The notes beneath the pieces were generated by a model, which worked only from the letters and a program-made list of their open reading frames with translations, made no database searches and was not told the DNA's origin. The position numbers and the translations under genes are program-made. Below, piece after piece: positions 1-13,266 of a DNA stretch of 64,000 nucleotides (position 1 is the first letter of the stretch; the number at the start of each line of letters is the position of its first letter). This DNA comes from Octopus sinensis (Eukaryota): assembly GCF_006345805.1 (NCBI RefSeq), contig NC_043001.1:94426001-94490000 (forward strand). The letters run 5' to 3'.

Positions 1-270
1 GATTATACATGTGTGAACAGAATAGCTGAAGAAAAAAGTCGAAATAGCATTTAATTTGATTTTTCTTCTCTCTAATAGAAGAATTACATTAATTTGTTGT
101 TTGAAATATAAGTTCCAGAAGCAAATATTCAATGAGAATAAATCGTTTTCATTTAATTACAGCATTGTCTCAAGAACTCATCACAGAAACTTATAGACAA
201 AATTCATTTAAATCTCTGGACACACAAACACAGGCGCAGATACTACAGAGGTACAGGCACACAATCACTA

Positions 271-557
271 ACACACACATACACACACATACGCAGATAC
301 ACACACACACACACACACACACAAACTTACATAGCACTGCGTATTAATGTACAAGTTTTCACACACGCAAGAGTGTATAGCTAGATTGAAAGATATATAT
401 AGATATACACATACATATATAGGTTGTCATACACACATAATCACACATATCGATATACAATCGGTTCAGACAAGTATTTACACAAACACACATATATACA
501 CACCCAAGCACACTCACACAACCACACACACATACACACACACACATACACACACAT

Positions 558-622
<65 letters not shown>
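271..622. repeat. Compound (CA)n/(TA)n microsatellite region
   Basis: Interrupted CA runs at 271-323 and 481-575, then a TA run at 576-622; explains the ORF-track entries at 132-652. Confidence 0.95.
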
Positions 623-628
<6 letters not shown>

Positions 629-849
629 TTTAATGCTGTTTTATACCTTTAGCTATAACAAAAGCAATTTTACATTAATTTGAAGTGTTACTCAATATTT
701 TTGTAAAGAAAAAATTTATTATTCTTTAAGAAGAGCAATATTGACAGTAACATCCAAATTTCTGAACAAAATGTTCTGTACAAAAGCATAATCTCCTAAT
801 TTAGTCAATAAAACATTTTCTACAAACCCTCTTCATCACAAATTTCCCC

Positions 850-1000
850 ACTACCTAATTTAAAAGTAGAAGTGATTCTAACGGTTTTTGTGTGTTTCTT
901 AAATGGCCTATAAACACCTTCCACGCTACAATTGTTTTCGTTCAAGCACATGATCGCAGATCAGGTCACTTGCCTTGCAAGTACATCTCCATAATATGTA
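850..1000. repeat. Fragment of an interspersed repeat (unclassified)
   Basis: Sequence (...aaacaccttccacgctacaattgttttcgttcaagcacatgatcgcagatcaggtcacttgccttgcaagtacatctcc) resembles a repeat I recall from octopus genomes; only one copy is present in this window. Confidence 0.35.
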
Positions 1001-2255
1001 TATAGATATATGTATATATAGAAATAGCGGCAGAGTAACCTTAAACAAGAAGTCATTCGGAGGAAACCATTTCAGCCACTTGCATACATGGTCATCCTCT
1101 TTCTTTCATTACCAGATATTCGTGACCTTAAGTGACCATAAGTGATAAAAGACAAGATAGCCGAATAGAAATTAGAAAATTTCGATTGATTACTAACCTA
1201 ACCTGGATCTGGGACAATACTCTTAGAGCGTTTTCATTTCCAGCTTGCCATTCACTCCCCGAAAGAAACCATATTGCTTGTTAAATCGGTCCCAAAATAC
1301 TTAAACATCTTCAATTGCCTCAGTGATGTTTGTACTTAAATATAGCATGCTCTGCGAAGATTGAATTGCGAGAACCAACTTTTGTCGTTGTGTCACTAAT
1401 TCCCATCCATGGCATTGAGACATCGTGTGTGTCTGACACTGAATCAGCTTCGCTGACTGATAGGTGACGGTCGTTTAGAGAATGCGCGGGTTAAGACTAC
1501 GCGCCTTCACTAGTCAGTTAAGGTGAGACAGTGTCACGTGATAACTTGCTGGGGCTGCCTGCTAGAGTCTGAGACAGGCAATTAAAGGGGAAAATTTGAC
1601 AAGTCAGTCACCGGCTAACACTCGCTGATGATAATACGAAGAGGCGAGGGAATAGAAGAAAGAAGAATAAATAAGACATGCACCCAACACCAGAGCTGAA
1701 GACACCTCCGAAAGGTGGGGGCGCCACGTCAAAACGGTAGAGGAGTAGGCGCCGAAACCGGACGTGGTTCCTCCTGATTGATGTCTTGAGCTAACTGTAT
1801 CCTATAAAGGAGCTGTTGTGATAGCAGACCACGAAACACGGTTGGAATTCCCCCAAAACCTTCCACCACATTCTGATGAAAAAATGTGCAACCTTTCGTC
1901 TGTAAATATCAAATCTGAGACACTTTCCCGATAGCTGCATACACAAACACAATCACACACACATACACACAGATACAAACACTGAGACATACACACGTAT
2001 ATTCTGTATATATTAGGCAATATTGATGTTCTTGATATTCCGAAGGCACAGCTATTTACTGTGAGGTTAATTACCACCCGCTGTTTTTCTCTTCAATTTA
2101 TTTTGTGCACGTTACGATTCCCGCATTTACTAAGCCATCTCGTTGTTTTTACCAGCTTGATAAATGGTGAAGTAAAGTGATATTTCGTCTTGGAAACTTG
2201 GGGTAACTGTGTTTCATAGGGCTTTTTGTGCTTTTTTATAATATACTGAGCTGCT

Positions 2256-2586
2256 GAGAACCCCTTCGGTCATGACTGACCATAAGGTTGTACCTATGAA
2301 GTTACCCTCCCAGGCACTGGTCCGGGCAAGGTTGTTTAAGGAAGACCAGCAGTCACCCATGCATACCGGCCTCCCCTCTCCAGGCCACCACTATTATCCA
2401 AGAGAAAGGCAAAAGCCGATACAGCTTGGAACCTGTGACGTCGCAACTCATTTTCTACAGATGAGTGAACTGGAGCAACGTGAAATAAAGTGTCTTGCTC
2501 AAGAACACAACCCGCAGCCCCGGGATTCGAACTCAGAACCTCGCGATCGTAAGCTCGACGTTCTAACAACTGAACCATACACCTTC
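2256..2586 (-). mobile_element. tRNA-derived CORE-type SINE (tail type A)
   Basis: Minus strand: A-box-like ggttcagttgttagaacg and B-box gagttcgaatccc, then gtgttcttgagcaagacactttatttcacgttgctccagttcactcatctgtagaaaatgag, similar to the MIR/CORE domain (gtgtgaccttgggcaagtcactt...cagtttcctcatctgtaaaatggg). Confidence 0.8.
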
Positions 2587-2594
2587 AGTTTTTA

Positions 2595-2645
<51 letters not shown>

Positions 2646-2667
2646 AACAACAACAACAACAACAACA

Positions 2668-2717
<50 letters not shown>

Positions 2718-2779
2718 ACTACTACTACTACTACTACTACAACAACAACAACAACAACAACAACTACTACTACTACTAG

Positions 2780-2835
<56 letters not shown>

Positions 2836-2856
2836 ATAATAATAATAATAATAATA
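2595..2856. repeat. Compound trinucleotide array (ACT)n/(ACA)n/(AAT)n
   Basis: Directly visible; gives the poly-T/L/Q/I tracts of ORF 2272-2865. Confidence 0.97.
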
Positions 2857-2863
2857 GGGCTCT

Positions 2864-3010
2864 AAAGCCATAACTGAAGACAGCCGTAGAAAGAAGGAAG
2901 ACTTCAGTATGGCTTGGATCGACTACCGAAAGGCTTTTGATGGTATTCCCCACACGTGGATCCTCGAAACTTTAACCATTAACAAGGTAGAACCAATAAT
3001 TATAAAATAG
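2864..3010 (+). mobile_element. Non-LTR retrotransposon reverse-transcriptase fragment, R4/Dong-like
   Basis: Frame from 2864 reads KAITEDSRRKKEDFSMAWIDYRKAFDGIPHTWILETLTINKVEPIIIK*. The WIDYRKAFD.(V/I)PH.WI motif is characteristic of R4/Dong-type RTs. Flanked by (AAT)n on both sides. Missed by the ORF track. Confidence 0.8.
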
Positions 3011-3011
3011 T

Positions 3012-3013
3012 AA

Positions 3014-3069
<56 letters not shown>

Positions 3070-3091
3070 TAATAATAATAATAATAATAAC

Positions 3092-3138
<47 letters not shown>

Positions 3139-3191
3139 GAAGAAGAAGAAGAAGAGGATGAAGAAGAGTAAGAAGCAGAAGAAGAAGAAGA
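3012..3191. repeat. (TAT)n/(AAT)n/(AGA)n trinucleotide array
   Basis: Directly visible. Confidence 0.95.
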
Positions 3192-3202
3192 GTACGCACA
3201 CA

Positions 3203-3417
3203 TTTTAGCGCAAGGGCAGCAATTTCGGGGTGGGGGGATGATGAGTCAATTACATCGACTCGCAATGTTCGAAAGATATTTATTTTATCGACCCCCAAGG
3301 GAAAAAAAGTTAAAGTCCGCCTAGGTTTAAGTTGAACCCGTATATACTCCGTATCAACAGGTAAATACAGCTAAACATTTCGTCCAGCGTGCTAAGAATT
3401 CGGCGAGCTCGCCGCCT
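3203..3417 (-). mobile_element. tRNA-derived SINE, ggcggcgagctggcagaa family (degenerate)
   Basis: Minus strand starts aggcggcgagctcgccgaattcttagcacgctggacgaaatg; homologous to the intact copy at 19066-19295. Confidence 0.75.
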
Positions 3418-3418
3418 G

Positions 3419-3477
<59 letters not shown>

Positions 3478-4302
3478 CAACAACAGCAATAATAATGTTA
3501 ATAGTAGTAATAGTAGTAGCATTAGTAGTATGTGTGTATGTATGTACGTAAGCAAAACACATGATCTGTTGATGTCACAAATATATTCCTATTTGAATAA
3601 TTTTCATATTTACTACTAAAATTCTATCTCGGTTCAGTTTTATTCTTCCAATAAAATGCATTACACAACTACTACTAACTGTTGAAGAAGATGATACAAA
3701 CATTCCTACAAGACCCAGACATCGATATTCATAAATATAAGTTAGCGACTCTCCCCTCATACTTGTTTTGATGCTGCCGAGTAATTCGAAACTCAATTTA
3801 GTACTTAAGCTTAAAAAAAATAAAAGTAATTTTATGACATGAAAAACTTCAACGGTTTGTTTATTTGAAACATAATGCATCAGGACCATTTCTATATTTT
3901 CATGTATAAAATTATATGATAAGACTAAACTATAATTTTCGGAGTTTTTATATTTGTGATGCTGGCATCCTAGGTAAATTAAATTAAAAGACTTGATATA
4001 ATCACAAAGAATTCTTCACAGCAAATATTGTTTGTATACCATTAAAATCAATGTTGTTATGATGCAAGTCACAACATATTGATTTATATTAACAACGAAC
4101 ATATTATGGAAAATCATGCACGTTTGAGTTCTAATCAGAAAGTGAGACAATCGAGTCTTTCTCTCGGTAAGTGTTGTGCTATTCTCGCAGACACTGCAGA
4201 CCAATATTTAACAGATCTAACACCTGTTCTTATATGAATGCACAACTGATGGTTACTGGGTGTCTTTCTGGTTACGTTTCGACACGAACACACTCATAGA
4301 TA

Positions 4303-4306
<4 letters not shown>

Positions 4307-4374
<68 letters not shown>
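4307..4374. repeat. (TA)n microsatellite
   Basis: Pure TA run of about 34 units. Confidence 0.97.
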
Positions 4375-4376
<2 letters not shown>

Positions 4377-4467
4377 GAGTGGTTGTGCTAAGCAGTGTTT
4401 ACGTATAATCACAATTTAGGTTAGTTGAAATATATGACAAACATATTTCAACTAACCTAAATTATGA

Positions 4468-4557
<90 letters not shown>

Positions 4558-4689
4558 AGGTTTCAAAGAATAAACTACACGTGGTATAAATAGGAGAAAG
4601 GTATAAAGAAAACAAAGAAAATGCACATTAGATATTAAAAGCAAAGGCATTTGAAAGAAAAGCAAAGATATATACATACAATTAGATGA

Positions 4690-5590
4690 TTTGAAATAGA
4701 ATTATGAAGTATAAAAATCATTATTATGAACCATGTAGTGATTCAAAGTCATACCGTTATCGTCAGAGTTGATCACTGACTTTGAATGAACACCGATTTC
4801 CAAACGGTATTGGGTCTAATTGTACCTGAGTGAAAAGATCACATGCAAGGGAGATAAGCAGCACTGGTAGTGATGCAATTAATGTAGATATAAATACCTG
4901 AATATGAATGGTGTATGAATGTGAATACTTGAATATGAATGGCGTTTGAGATGTATAGAGAATAGTGGGAATATTGGTATTGGTAAGGTTAGTAGTGTTC
5001 TGTATTACGTAGTGTGTTCATGTTGAGTTGTGGATGATATTTATTAATGAAAGTTGCCTCTTTATTTCATCTTTGCTGTACTGAGGTGTTTTGTGAACAT
5101 TGATAAAAAGGGAAAATTAAGAAGTTCGGTTTATGGTTCCTAGCACATCTTTCTATGTGCTCACTGACCTGTATCTCTCTATATTGTGGGTAGCGGAATT
5201 TTCTTTGTAGAGTTCTTCGTCGCAGTGACATTCCTGTTTGGCCTATATAGCGATTTCTGCACCCTAAGCAGGCAATAGCATAGATTAAGTTTTCAGAGGC
5301 ACAGTTGAAATTTAATTTTGACTTAAATATGTCACCTTGTTTGAAGTGAAACTCCTTTCCCTCCAAAAGGTGGGGGGCATGTGCCACAGTCAGGTCGCCC
5401 GTATATTTTCAATTATGGCTCCATTGTCAATGGATATAGTCTTGCACTGGTTAATATTTTTTTCACTGATTTCGGTTACATTTTGCTCTTGAAAATTTTG
5501 TGTGAGCCTAAATTTTGTTCATTATTATATCACCAGTTGTATCTCTATTCTCACTTTATTTAGTTGCACTCATAATGAGGTCCAAATAGC
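4690..5590 (-). mobile_element. Penelope-like element remnant: GIY-YIG endonuclease plus 3' region
   Basis: ORF 5067-5387(-) contains GRPDCGTCPHL...NFNCASENLIYAIACLGCRNRYIGQTGMSLRRR...VSEHIERC, i.e. the GIY-YIG (IY...YIG) motif and CCHH residues typical of PLEs; upstream frames are broken. Confidence 0.88.
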
Positions 5591-6501
5591 ACAGAAGATT
5601 AGAAATTGTGGATGTAGTTGTTCTGCACACCTGACAATGTGTTCACTGAGATATATCTAGTGATATTGAAGGGAAAAGATCTGTTGTCTGTGAACCGTAC
5701 ATCTACGTCTAAGGGAGCCATTATGGTTTTTATGACAGCCCAAGTATCTAATGACATAAATGAGGTTTTCAGCGGGGCAAGTGAAATTGCATCTAAATTC
5801 GAATTTTTACCTTTGTTCGAAATGGAATACTGATCCTTCCAAAAGATTGGGACTTGTTCCTCAGTTAGGTCGACCCCACTTTTTTAGTCTTGCATCCGTT
5901 ATTCTTGAGAATAATTTAGCATTTGTAAGTATCTGTAATGGTTTGTTCCTATATGCTTTTAATGAGCTCATGCCAACTCAAAATCTCCTTCAGTTAGGGG
6001 TCCATATGGATATTGGTATATTTTGGACAATGATCTTAATTGCTTAGGTCTATCAGGGCTTGTATCTGGACACACAGTGTAGTATTTTCAGAGTAAATGT
6101 GTTATTGCGTTCGACTTTTCTGAATGTTTGTATGTCATTTGATTTTGCATATCTAATCCCATCATTTATGAGTTGAATTGGGCAGTATCTGTCAATTAGT
6201 ACGTTTTTAATCTCTTGTAGTCTCAATTCTCTGGTATTCTTTAGGACACTATGCTACAAATCCTTCTTGCAAGGTTGAATGGGATATTTGCTTTAATATG
6301 TCTTGGGTGGCTTGATCTAAATAATAGATATTGTGTAGCGTCTGTGGTTTTGTAAAATATGTCCATTTCTATTATTAGCCCTTTTTTAAACCAGTATGTC
6401 AAGGAACTGGAGTTTGTTTTTGTTGTGTTCTATCGTGAATTGTATATTTGTGTTAATGCTATTAAGCAGTCTTTTGATGTCCAGGAGTTTGTTTTCTTTC
6501 C
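5590..6501 (-). mobile_element. Penelope-like element remnant: RT C-terminus/thumb plus partial GIY-YIG, 5'-truncated at a (TA)n array
   Basis: Minus frames read [27 protein letters not shown], then after a frameshift IEMDIFYKTTDATQYLLFRSSHPRHIKANIPFNLARRICSIVS, and later FTCPAENLIYVIRYLGC...SLRRRCTVHRQQI...LSEHIVRCA. Multiple stops and frameshifts. Confidence 0.88.
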
Positions 6502-6600
6502 ATATATATATATATATATATATATATTACACGCACACACGCAAACACGCGCAGGCAACGTATACACACACATACTTATGAATAGTGAGCTATGCATACA

Positions 6601-6697
<97 letters not shown>

Positions 6698-6735
6698 GAT
6701 AGATAGATAGATATATAGATAGATAGATAGATAGA
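6502..6735. repeat. (TA)n/(TC)n/(GATA)n microsatellite complex
   Basis: Directly visible. Confidence 0.9.
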
Positions 6736-7341
6736 TAGATATAGATTATCTACACATCTATTTACACATGGATTCATACACTCATACATACGGGCACACG
6801 CACGCACACACATATATGAAATACTGAGTCAGGAGCACTGGAGAATATTTATACTTCTTCCTCAGAACTCCTATAGAAATTTATAATGTGAATATTTACA
6901 CCTGAATAATTCCTGTCGTAGGAAGAAGTACTAAACGTTTAAATTGATTTCAGATCTTATTCACCTACTGGTAAGTATTTTATTCATTCACCCACACACT
7001 CACACATACGCGCGCGCGCAGGACACACTTTCATGTTTATATGTATACACTTTATTTTTAAAATTTAAGGAAAAAAAGACGAAAACAAGTGTAGGAACAA
7101 GCAGGTGTATTACTTTTATGCTGAGAAACAATGGAAAAGTATATTACGTTACGAACCTACGACCTTCGAAAGAAAGGTTTAAGTGGGGTAAATGGATAGT
7201 GAATGGAAAAGAGGAAAAAAACGGAGAGAGAAAAATGTGTAGAAATTAACGGTTCAATGGTCTGAAATGGCTAGAAAAAAGAGGCTGTATGTATACACAC
7301 TATATAGATCATATGCATTTCAACTTTTACGACGAGGCCAT

Positions 7342-7501
7342 CAACTTTGGGAACGTCGGAAAATCGATCATATCGCCCCCAATGGTACTTATTTTACCGT
7401 TCCAGGAAGGATGAAAGACAAAGTCGACGGATTTGAAATCAAGCCGAAAAGACAGACGAAATACCGCAGGGCATTTTGCCTAACGTGTTAAAAGATTCTG
7501 C
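7342..7501 (-). mobile_element. SINE, ggcggcgagctggcagaa family (degenerate)
   Basis: Contains ggatgaaagacaaagtcgac...gacgaaataccgc...attctgcc, the reverse complement of the family body. Confidence 0.7.
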
Positions 7502-7652
7502 CTGTTCACAGTCTCGTTTTATACATACATTATTTAGAATTAAATCCGGTTTTACCTAGTAACTGCTCGTACGACTCTCCAAAGAAACCTTTCCGCAATA
7601 TATGAAAGACGTAGCACTGTAATACGTACTAAATAAAATATTGTCCTTATGC

Positions 7653-7693
<41 letters not shown>

Positions 7694-8526
7694 TATGATC
7701 AAACAAAGGAAAATAATTAGTGGGTATACATATAGAAATCACAGCCATTCAAAATCACAATGACAGAAATGTATGTAATTTGTATACTGTTTTAGCAAAG
7801 TTTGACATGTAGTCTTTGAATGAATTTTTCCAAAACAGTTGATCTAAATGCTATTATTCAAACGACAAAGGAAAAACAATGTCTTGATCGAAGTAGTAGT
7901 TGATTTAATCGAACATTAATTGATTTATTGCAAATATAAAAATAATCTCTTAAATTTTTTATTGGCAGATTTTTTCAAAAACAATTTTTAATGTAATTTT
8001 TTTTTATTTTTACTATATTTGCGCCATAGTTGACTCCATGGTTTGAAAACTGCTGTAGTTTAACTTAATGACCGCCCCTGATATTTATTAGTTCAGGTGT
8101 AAATTCTGTGATAATTGAATCAATAATCTTTTTATGGTAGTGCTCATGTTACTACACTATGTAGAGTAACAGCAGCTCGACAAAAGCATGAAGATTTAAA
8201 CAATATGACATTGTTCTGAAATTTTCGCACAAGGCTAGAAAATTTCGGGGTCGAGGCTTATACCGATTCTTTCAGTATTGATATAATTCGGATGACGGTG
8301 GAATGCGAACAACTGCACTTCCAGTCAGGAATTGCTCGTCAAAATCTCGACACACAGAAAATAAATAATTCCATAGCATACAAACACACGCACAAGCACA
8401 CACACACACACACACACAAATACACACACAAACACTTATGAACAGTGAGATATGCATACATGCATGAACATAAAAATACATGCACCTGCCCACAATATAT
8501 ATATATATATATATAATATATATATT

Positions 8527-8560
<34 letters not shown>

Positions 8561-8631
8561 CATAGTACACTTTCACACGCACACGTATACACACACAGTT
8601 ATATACATACATATATATATATATATTCGAC

Positions 8632-9020
8632 GCAGTCGCACTCCGTCGGTTACGACGACAAGAGTTCCAGTTGATCCGAACAACGGAACAACCTGCTCGT
8701 GAAGAATAAACGAGCAAGTAGCTGAGCACTCCACAGATGCGTGTACCCTTAACGTAGGTCTTGGGGAGATACACCTTGACACAGAGTGTGTCAAGGCTCT
8801 CGCTTTGAAATACAGACAACAGTAAGAGGAAGAAAGAGGGAGAGAAAAATGTGTGGTGAAAGAATACAGCAGGGTTCGCCTCAACCCCCCTGCAGGAGCG
8901 TCTTGGAGATTTAGGTGTTTTCGCTCAATAAACACTCACAACGTTCAGTCTGGGAATGGAAACTGCGGTCCTATGACCACGAGTCCGCTGCCCTAAACAC
9001 TGTGTCATTACGCCGCCACA
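8632..9020 (-). mobile_element. tRNA-derived SINE, gtggaggcgcaatggcccag family (tail type C), near full length
   Basis: Head plus body homologous to 46527-46720; tail ends ...gtcgtaaccgacggagtgcg. Confidence 0.8.
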
Positions 9021-9568
9021 TATCTCAATACAAGTCAACTATACAGCGCTCTTTGAAGTATTGGGACGGCGCATATCCTAGAATCCTAACATGTTTTATG
9101 AAACAATAAATATGCCTTCTCACTCTCCTTTATATAGTGAATCCTACGTTTATTACTACATTCATTTTCTCTACATCCATCAGATAATGTATGGGAAAGC
9201 TTTACTAGAAAGAAAGTCCCGTCACCTTTAAAGATAGGATAGAAAAAATCGTTTTGAGGATATTATTTTCCTAATTTCTCTCAATAGTCTACGGCTAAAT
9301 AAGAGCAGTCTCCCGAAGTTTTAAGTTAGCAAATCGACCCCAGTACAGAGCATAAGGTTTTGTCTCTGAAGTTCTGTTTTGGGTTTGAATTTTACTTTCT
9401 CATTGAGTTCTAACTATTATCGTTTCGTTGGAAATGATTATACAGAACTCACATTTTCTTTACGTTTGATGATTCCTCGCAGGAAATATCTGCTGGCAAG
9501 TTTACTATTTAATGCTAAGGGTATTGAGTAAGCTAGCTGATAAGTGGTCAAATGTTCAAGGAACTAAT

Positions 9569-9982
9569 CTCTTTTACTCTCTTTTAATTGTTTCAGTCAT
9601 TTGACTGTGGCCATGCCAGAGTATCGCTTTAATCGAGCAAATCGACCCCAGGACTTATTCTTTGTAAGCCTAGAACTTATTCTATCGGTCGCTTTTACCC
9701 GAACCGCAAAGTTACGGTGACGTAAACACACCAGCATCGGTTGTCAAGCGTTGTTGCTGGACAAACACAGACACCCAAACACACACACGTCACACACACA
9801 TACATACATACATATACATATATACGACGGGCTTCTTTCCGTTTCCGTCTACCAAATCCACTCACAAGGCTTTGGTCGGCCAGAGTCTATAGTAGAAGAC
9901 AGTAGCCCAAGGTGCCACGCAGTGGGACTAAACCTGAAACCATGTGGTTTGTAAGCAAGCTAATTACCACACAGTCACTCTT
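9569..9982 (-). mobile_element. tRNA-derived CORE-type SINE, ggagtggctgtgtggtaag family, full length
   Basis: Head ...ggtttagtcccactgcgtggcaccttgggc, internal CA microsatellite, 3' (AGTAAAAG)-like tail; homologous to 53949-54365. Confidence 0.85.
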
Positions 9983-10427
9983 GCGCTACTAACTACATTT
10001 GACCTTTTCTTTGTTTTATTATGGAATTGAATAATGTTTTGCTAATTCTCATAAATTTCATTGGGATTTCTCGACTGTGATTTTCAGGAACTCAATATTA
10101 ACAGAATTTATTGGTCCAGATCGGGAAAAATATTTTGAGAGTGAAACCATCTAGATGGTCGTTTGCATATCCGAATAGATAAAGCATCCTTTCGATAGAC
10201 AGAAAAATCATTTTTTGCAGCATTGAATTCATAGGGCATACAATGTCTATGTGCCTCTTCTAACTTCTCTTTAAAAAGGCGAGATCAGTCCATTTGCAAA
10301 CATGATAGTAAAAACGCAATCTACAGGGAAAGATCAGCAGTCGTTAGAATGTTAATGATAATGTTTGTATTACCTTAAGTATTTGAAATGTCTCTGCATA
10401 TTATCCGGTATGAATTCTTTTCTACTC

Positions 10428-10621
10428 TAGGCAGAAGGCCCGAAATTTTGGGGGTGGGGGCCAGTCGATTACATCGACCACACTACACAACTGGTAGTTC
10501 GTTAATCGACCCCGAAAGGATGAAAGGCAATGGCAACCTCGGCGGGATTTGAACTCAGAACGTAAAGACTGACGTTAAGCATTTCGTCCGACGTGCTAAA
10601 TTTTATGACAGCTCGCCGCCT
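10428..10621 (-). mobile_element. SINE, ggcggcgagctggcagaa family (tail II)
   Basis: B-box gttctgagttcaaatccc and central domain gcctttcatcctttcggggtcga. Confidence 0.85.
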
Positions 10622-11804
10622 TTTATCACGTATAAATTGTGAAAGGAATTTCCAACTAAATACATAACACACACACATACACACACATATGTATGTATGT
10701 AGGTGTGGGTAGGTGGGGTGTAGGATTATTGCGAGCTTGTCATTCTAATTAGCAGTAATGAAATATTCAACACTGCTGTCAATCATTGTAAATATGATGC
10801 AAAAATGTATTACATTGGTGTAAAAATATAAGCTCCTTACAGAAACTGAAGCAAAATAGACACTGCAGATTACCTCATTATTTGGTTAAACCCAATCTTT
10901 AGCGAGCCTGTACAGCATGCTAGAATACATTTCCTTTCATAAGTACTACAAGCATTTTATTAAAAATAGCGTTTGCAATTAGAGCTGTCCGTCAAATTAT
11001 AGTCAGATGGATATTAAATATAGAGATACCACGATATTATATATTACTTACTTCGTTAAAAACACATTTTGAAGTTGCATTCCTTGTAATTAAGTACAAT
11101 AATATTGTGGCTGTCAGACATGATGATACGGAAAATGATGATGACAATGATAACGATGGCAATGAACACTCAACGCAGCTGCTGCTGTTGTGGATGACGA
11201 TGTTGATGAGGAAAATAGTGAATTTCTTGACTGTGTTCCAGTTGTTAGAACACAGTAGGAAGAATCAATAATAGATTAACTTCTGAAGTCTGTGTTTGAA
11301 ACACTACAGCGTCTTTAGAAATATTTTATAATAGATTTATAGGTATGTATATATTTGAATCGCAATTGTTTATCATATGATGTTATTCTTTTCATAATGA
11401 ATGCTTTCATATACTTAGACACTTGTGTATGTATATCAAGGGTGTAAGATTATCAAAAAGAAACCTAACAACAAGTACGAATTGTGTTAAATATAAAGCT
11501 AAACTAAACGCACGGGAACGGTCTCTCTACATCGTTAAAGTGTTATTTCCTGCTAAATTCAAAAGGTTAGCGAAACAATGTTTCGAAAACGGGGGCATAA
11601 ATGTTTGACAAACAATAGGATTTTCACGGCGGATACAAAGGAGAAAGATCAGATGCTGGGACACAGCCTTGGTGGGTTTAATCCAGGGTAAGAATTTGGA
11701 GTATCCACGGAATCAACACTCAAGCTCCGAGAAACACTCAAATACTCAAATATATACATATGCATATATACAACATAAACAAACACACACACTTGCGCAA
11801 ATAA

Positions 11805-11814
<10 letters not shown>

Positions 11815-11849
<35 letters not shown>

Positions 11850-11866
11850 TAGATAGATAGATAGGT

Positions 11867-11935
<69 letters not shown>

Positions 11936-12030
11936 TAGATAGATAGATAGATGATAGATAGATAGATATATAGATAGACAGATAACTAGATATAGATATA
12001 TATAATAATTATGTATATAGATTATATAAT
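11815..12030. repeat. (TA)n/(GATA)n microsatellite
   Basis: Directly visible. Confidence 0.95.
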
Positions 12031-13215
12031 TATATAAAGGATCAGGAAAAAATCCTGCTCAAAAATACGCCAAATATCCGTTACAAAAACGACGGTTTGT
12101 TTTTATGTTTACATGGTTTGATCCGCTCATAGTGCCTATTAATCACTTTTTCCCTGGGTGTGATGGGTTCCAGGGTTTCTTCTAAGCATGAGATGCATAC
12201 CCGTGATGTTCTGTTGCATTGTACAAACCGAAAAGACTCGTTTACTAAACTGCATCATTAGAGAATATGGCCTGTATAATGGAATCGGTGCTTTATTTGC
12301 ATATTCACAATGCTTCCCTTTAGAAAATTTAAAATATGTGTATGTATATAGGGCTAAATATATATATGTGTATATATATAGGGGTAAAATATAAAAAATC
12401 AACGGAAATGCATATTGCAAATAGAAAAAGGCTATTTATGATAGGTAGTGACAAATATATACATTTAGATTGATTGAGGTAGTAATACGAGTCATAAAGG
12501 TCATTATTATGAGATGATGATAAGATGATAATAAAGTAAGAGAACAAAACGAACCAATGGTTTACGCGAAGGCTATTCATCGTTTGATTCTGAATATCGA
12601 AGGTGCGAGAATCCCTATCGGGCACTAAAATTATTTCCACTAATCTAGCACCGATCCCTCGCGGGTCAGTTTTTGAACATCTGCTTTAGGTGTTTCCCTA
12701 GTTATAGTTATGTTTTCTCGCGTGATCCCTGATGGTATCTCGTTAAAATATACCCTGGCCGCAAGATTTCTTCTTGATCGTCGTAAATAGATGTAGCCAC
12801 TGAGGGTCTACAGAATCATTTACATAGAAAATTCATTACAAATATGAGATACAAAAAGAAATAACTACGCAATACAACGAAAAAAAGTTTCACATATAAC
12901 CGTTAGTAGATACACATGTACAAACGCCAAGACAGGCGTGGTCTGGTTCACGTACACTCACACGTAGAACCGCAAATGCACATACGGTTTGGTGCAGGTT
13001 TGCTCGTATACAGAATCAAGTAGATATTGATAAACTCAGTGCCTGTTACTGGGTCGTGATATGAGCCCGAGTTATTAGCTGCAATTACATACTTGAAGTC
13101 TTTGGTGGCAGAAATTAAATCAGCTTGCACATACACGCTCATTTTACTAGATCTATACTCGAGATAAGCCCGAACAGCCTGGGTGCTGTAGTTGCCACTA
13201 GAATATATATATACA

Positions 13216-13266
<51 letters not shown>

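Noticed and set aside
1696-1762. CUGAAGA...GAAACCGGAC hammerhead-like spacing
   Set aside because: No stem II closing on GAAA, U16.1 absent, and no stem I pairing.
4741-4815. Permuted (type II-like) hammerhead on the minus strand, and an 11-bp hairpin attcaaagtca/tgactttgaat
   Set aside because: Stem II needs a bulge, the cleavage triplet is poor and stem I cannot form.
11110-11320. Acidic protein-like frames (DDTENDDDNDNDG / VDDDVDEENSEF)
   Set aside because: Frameshift and stops; composition is explained by a decayed (GAT)n repeat.
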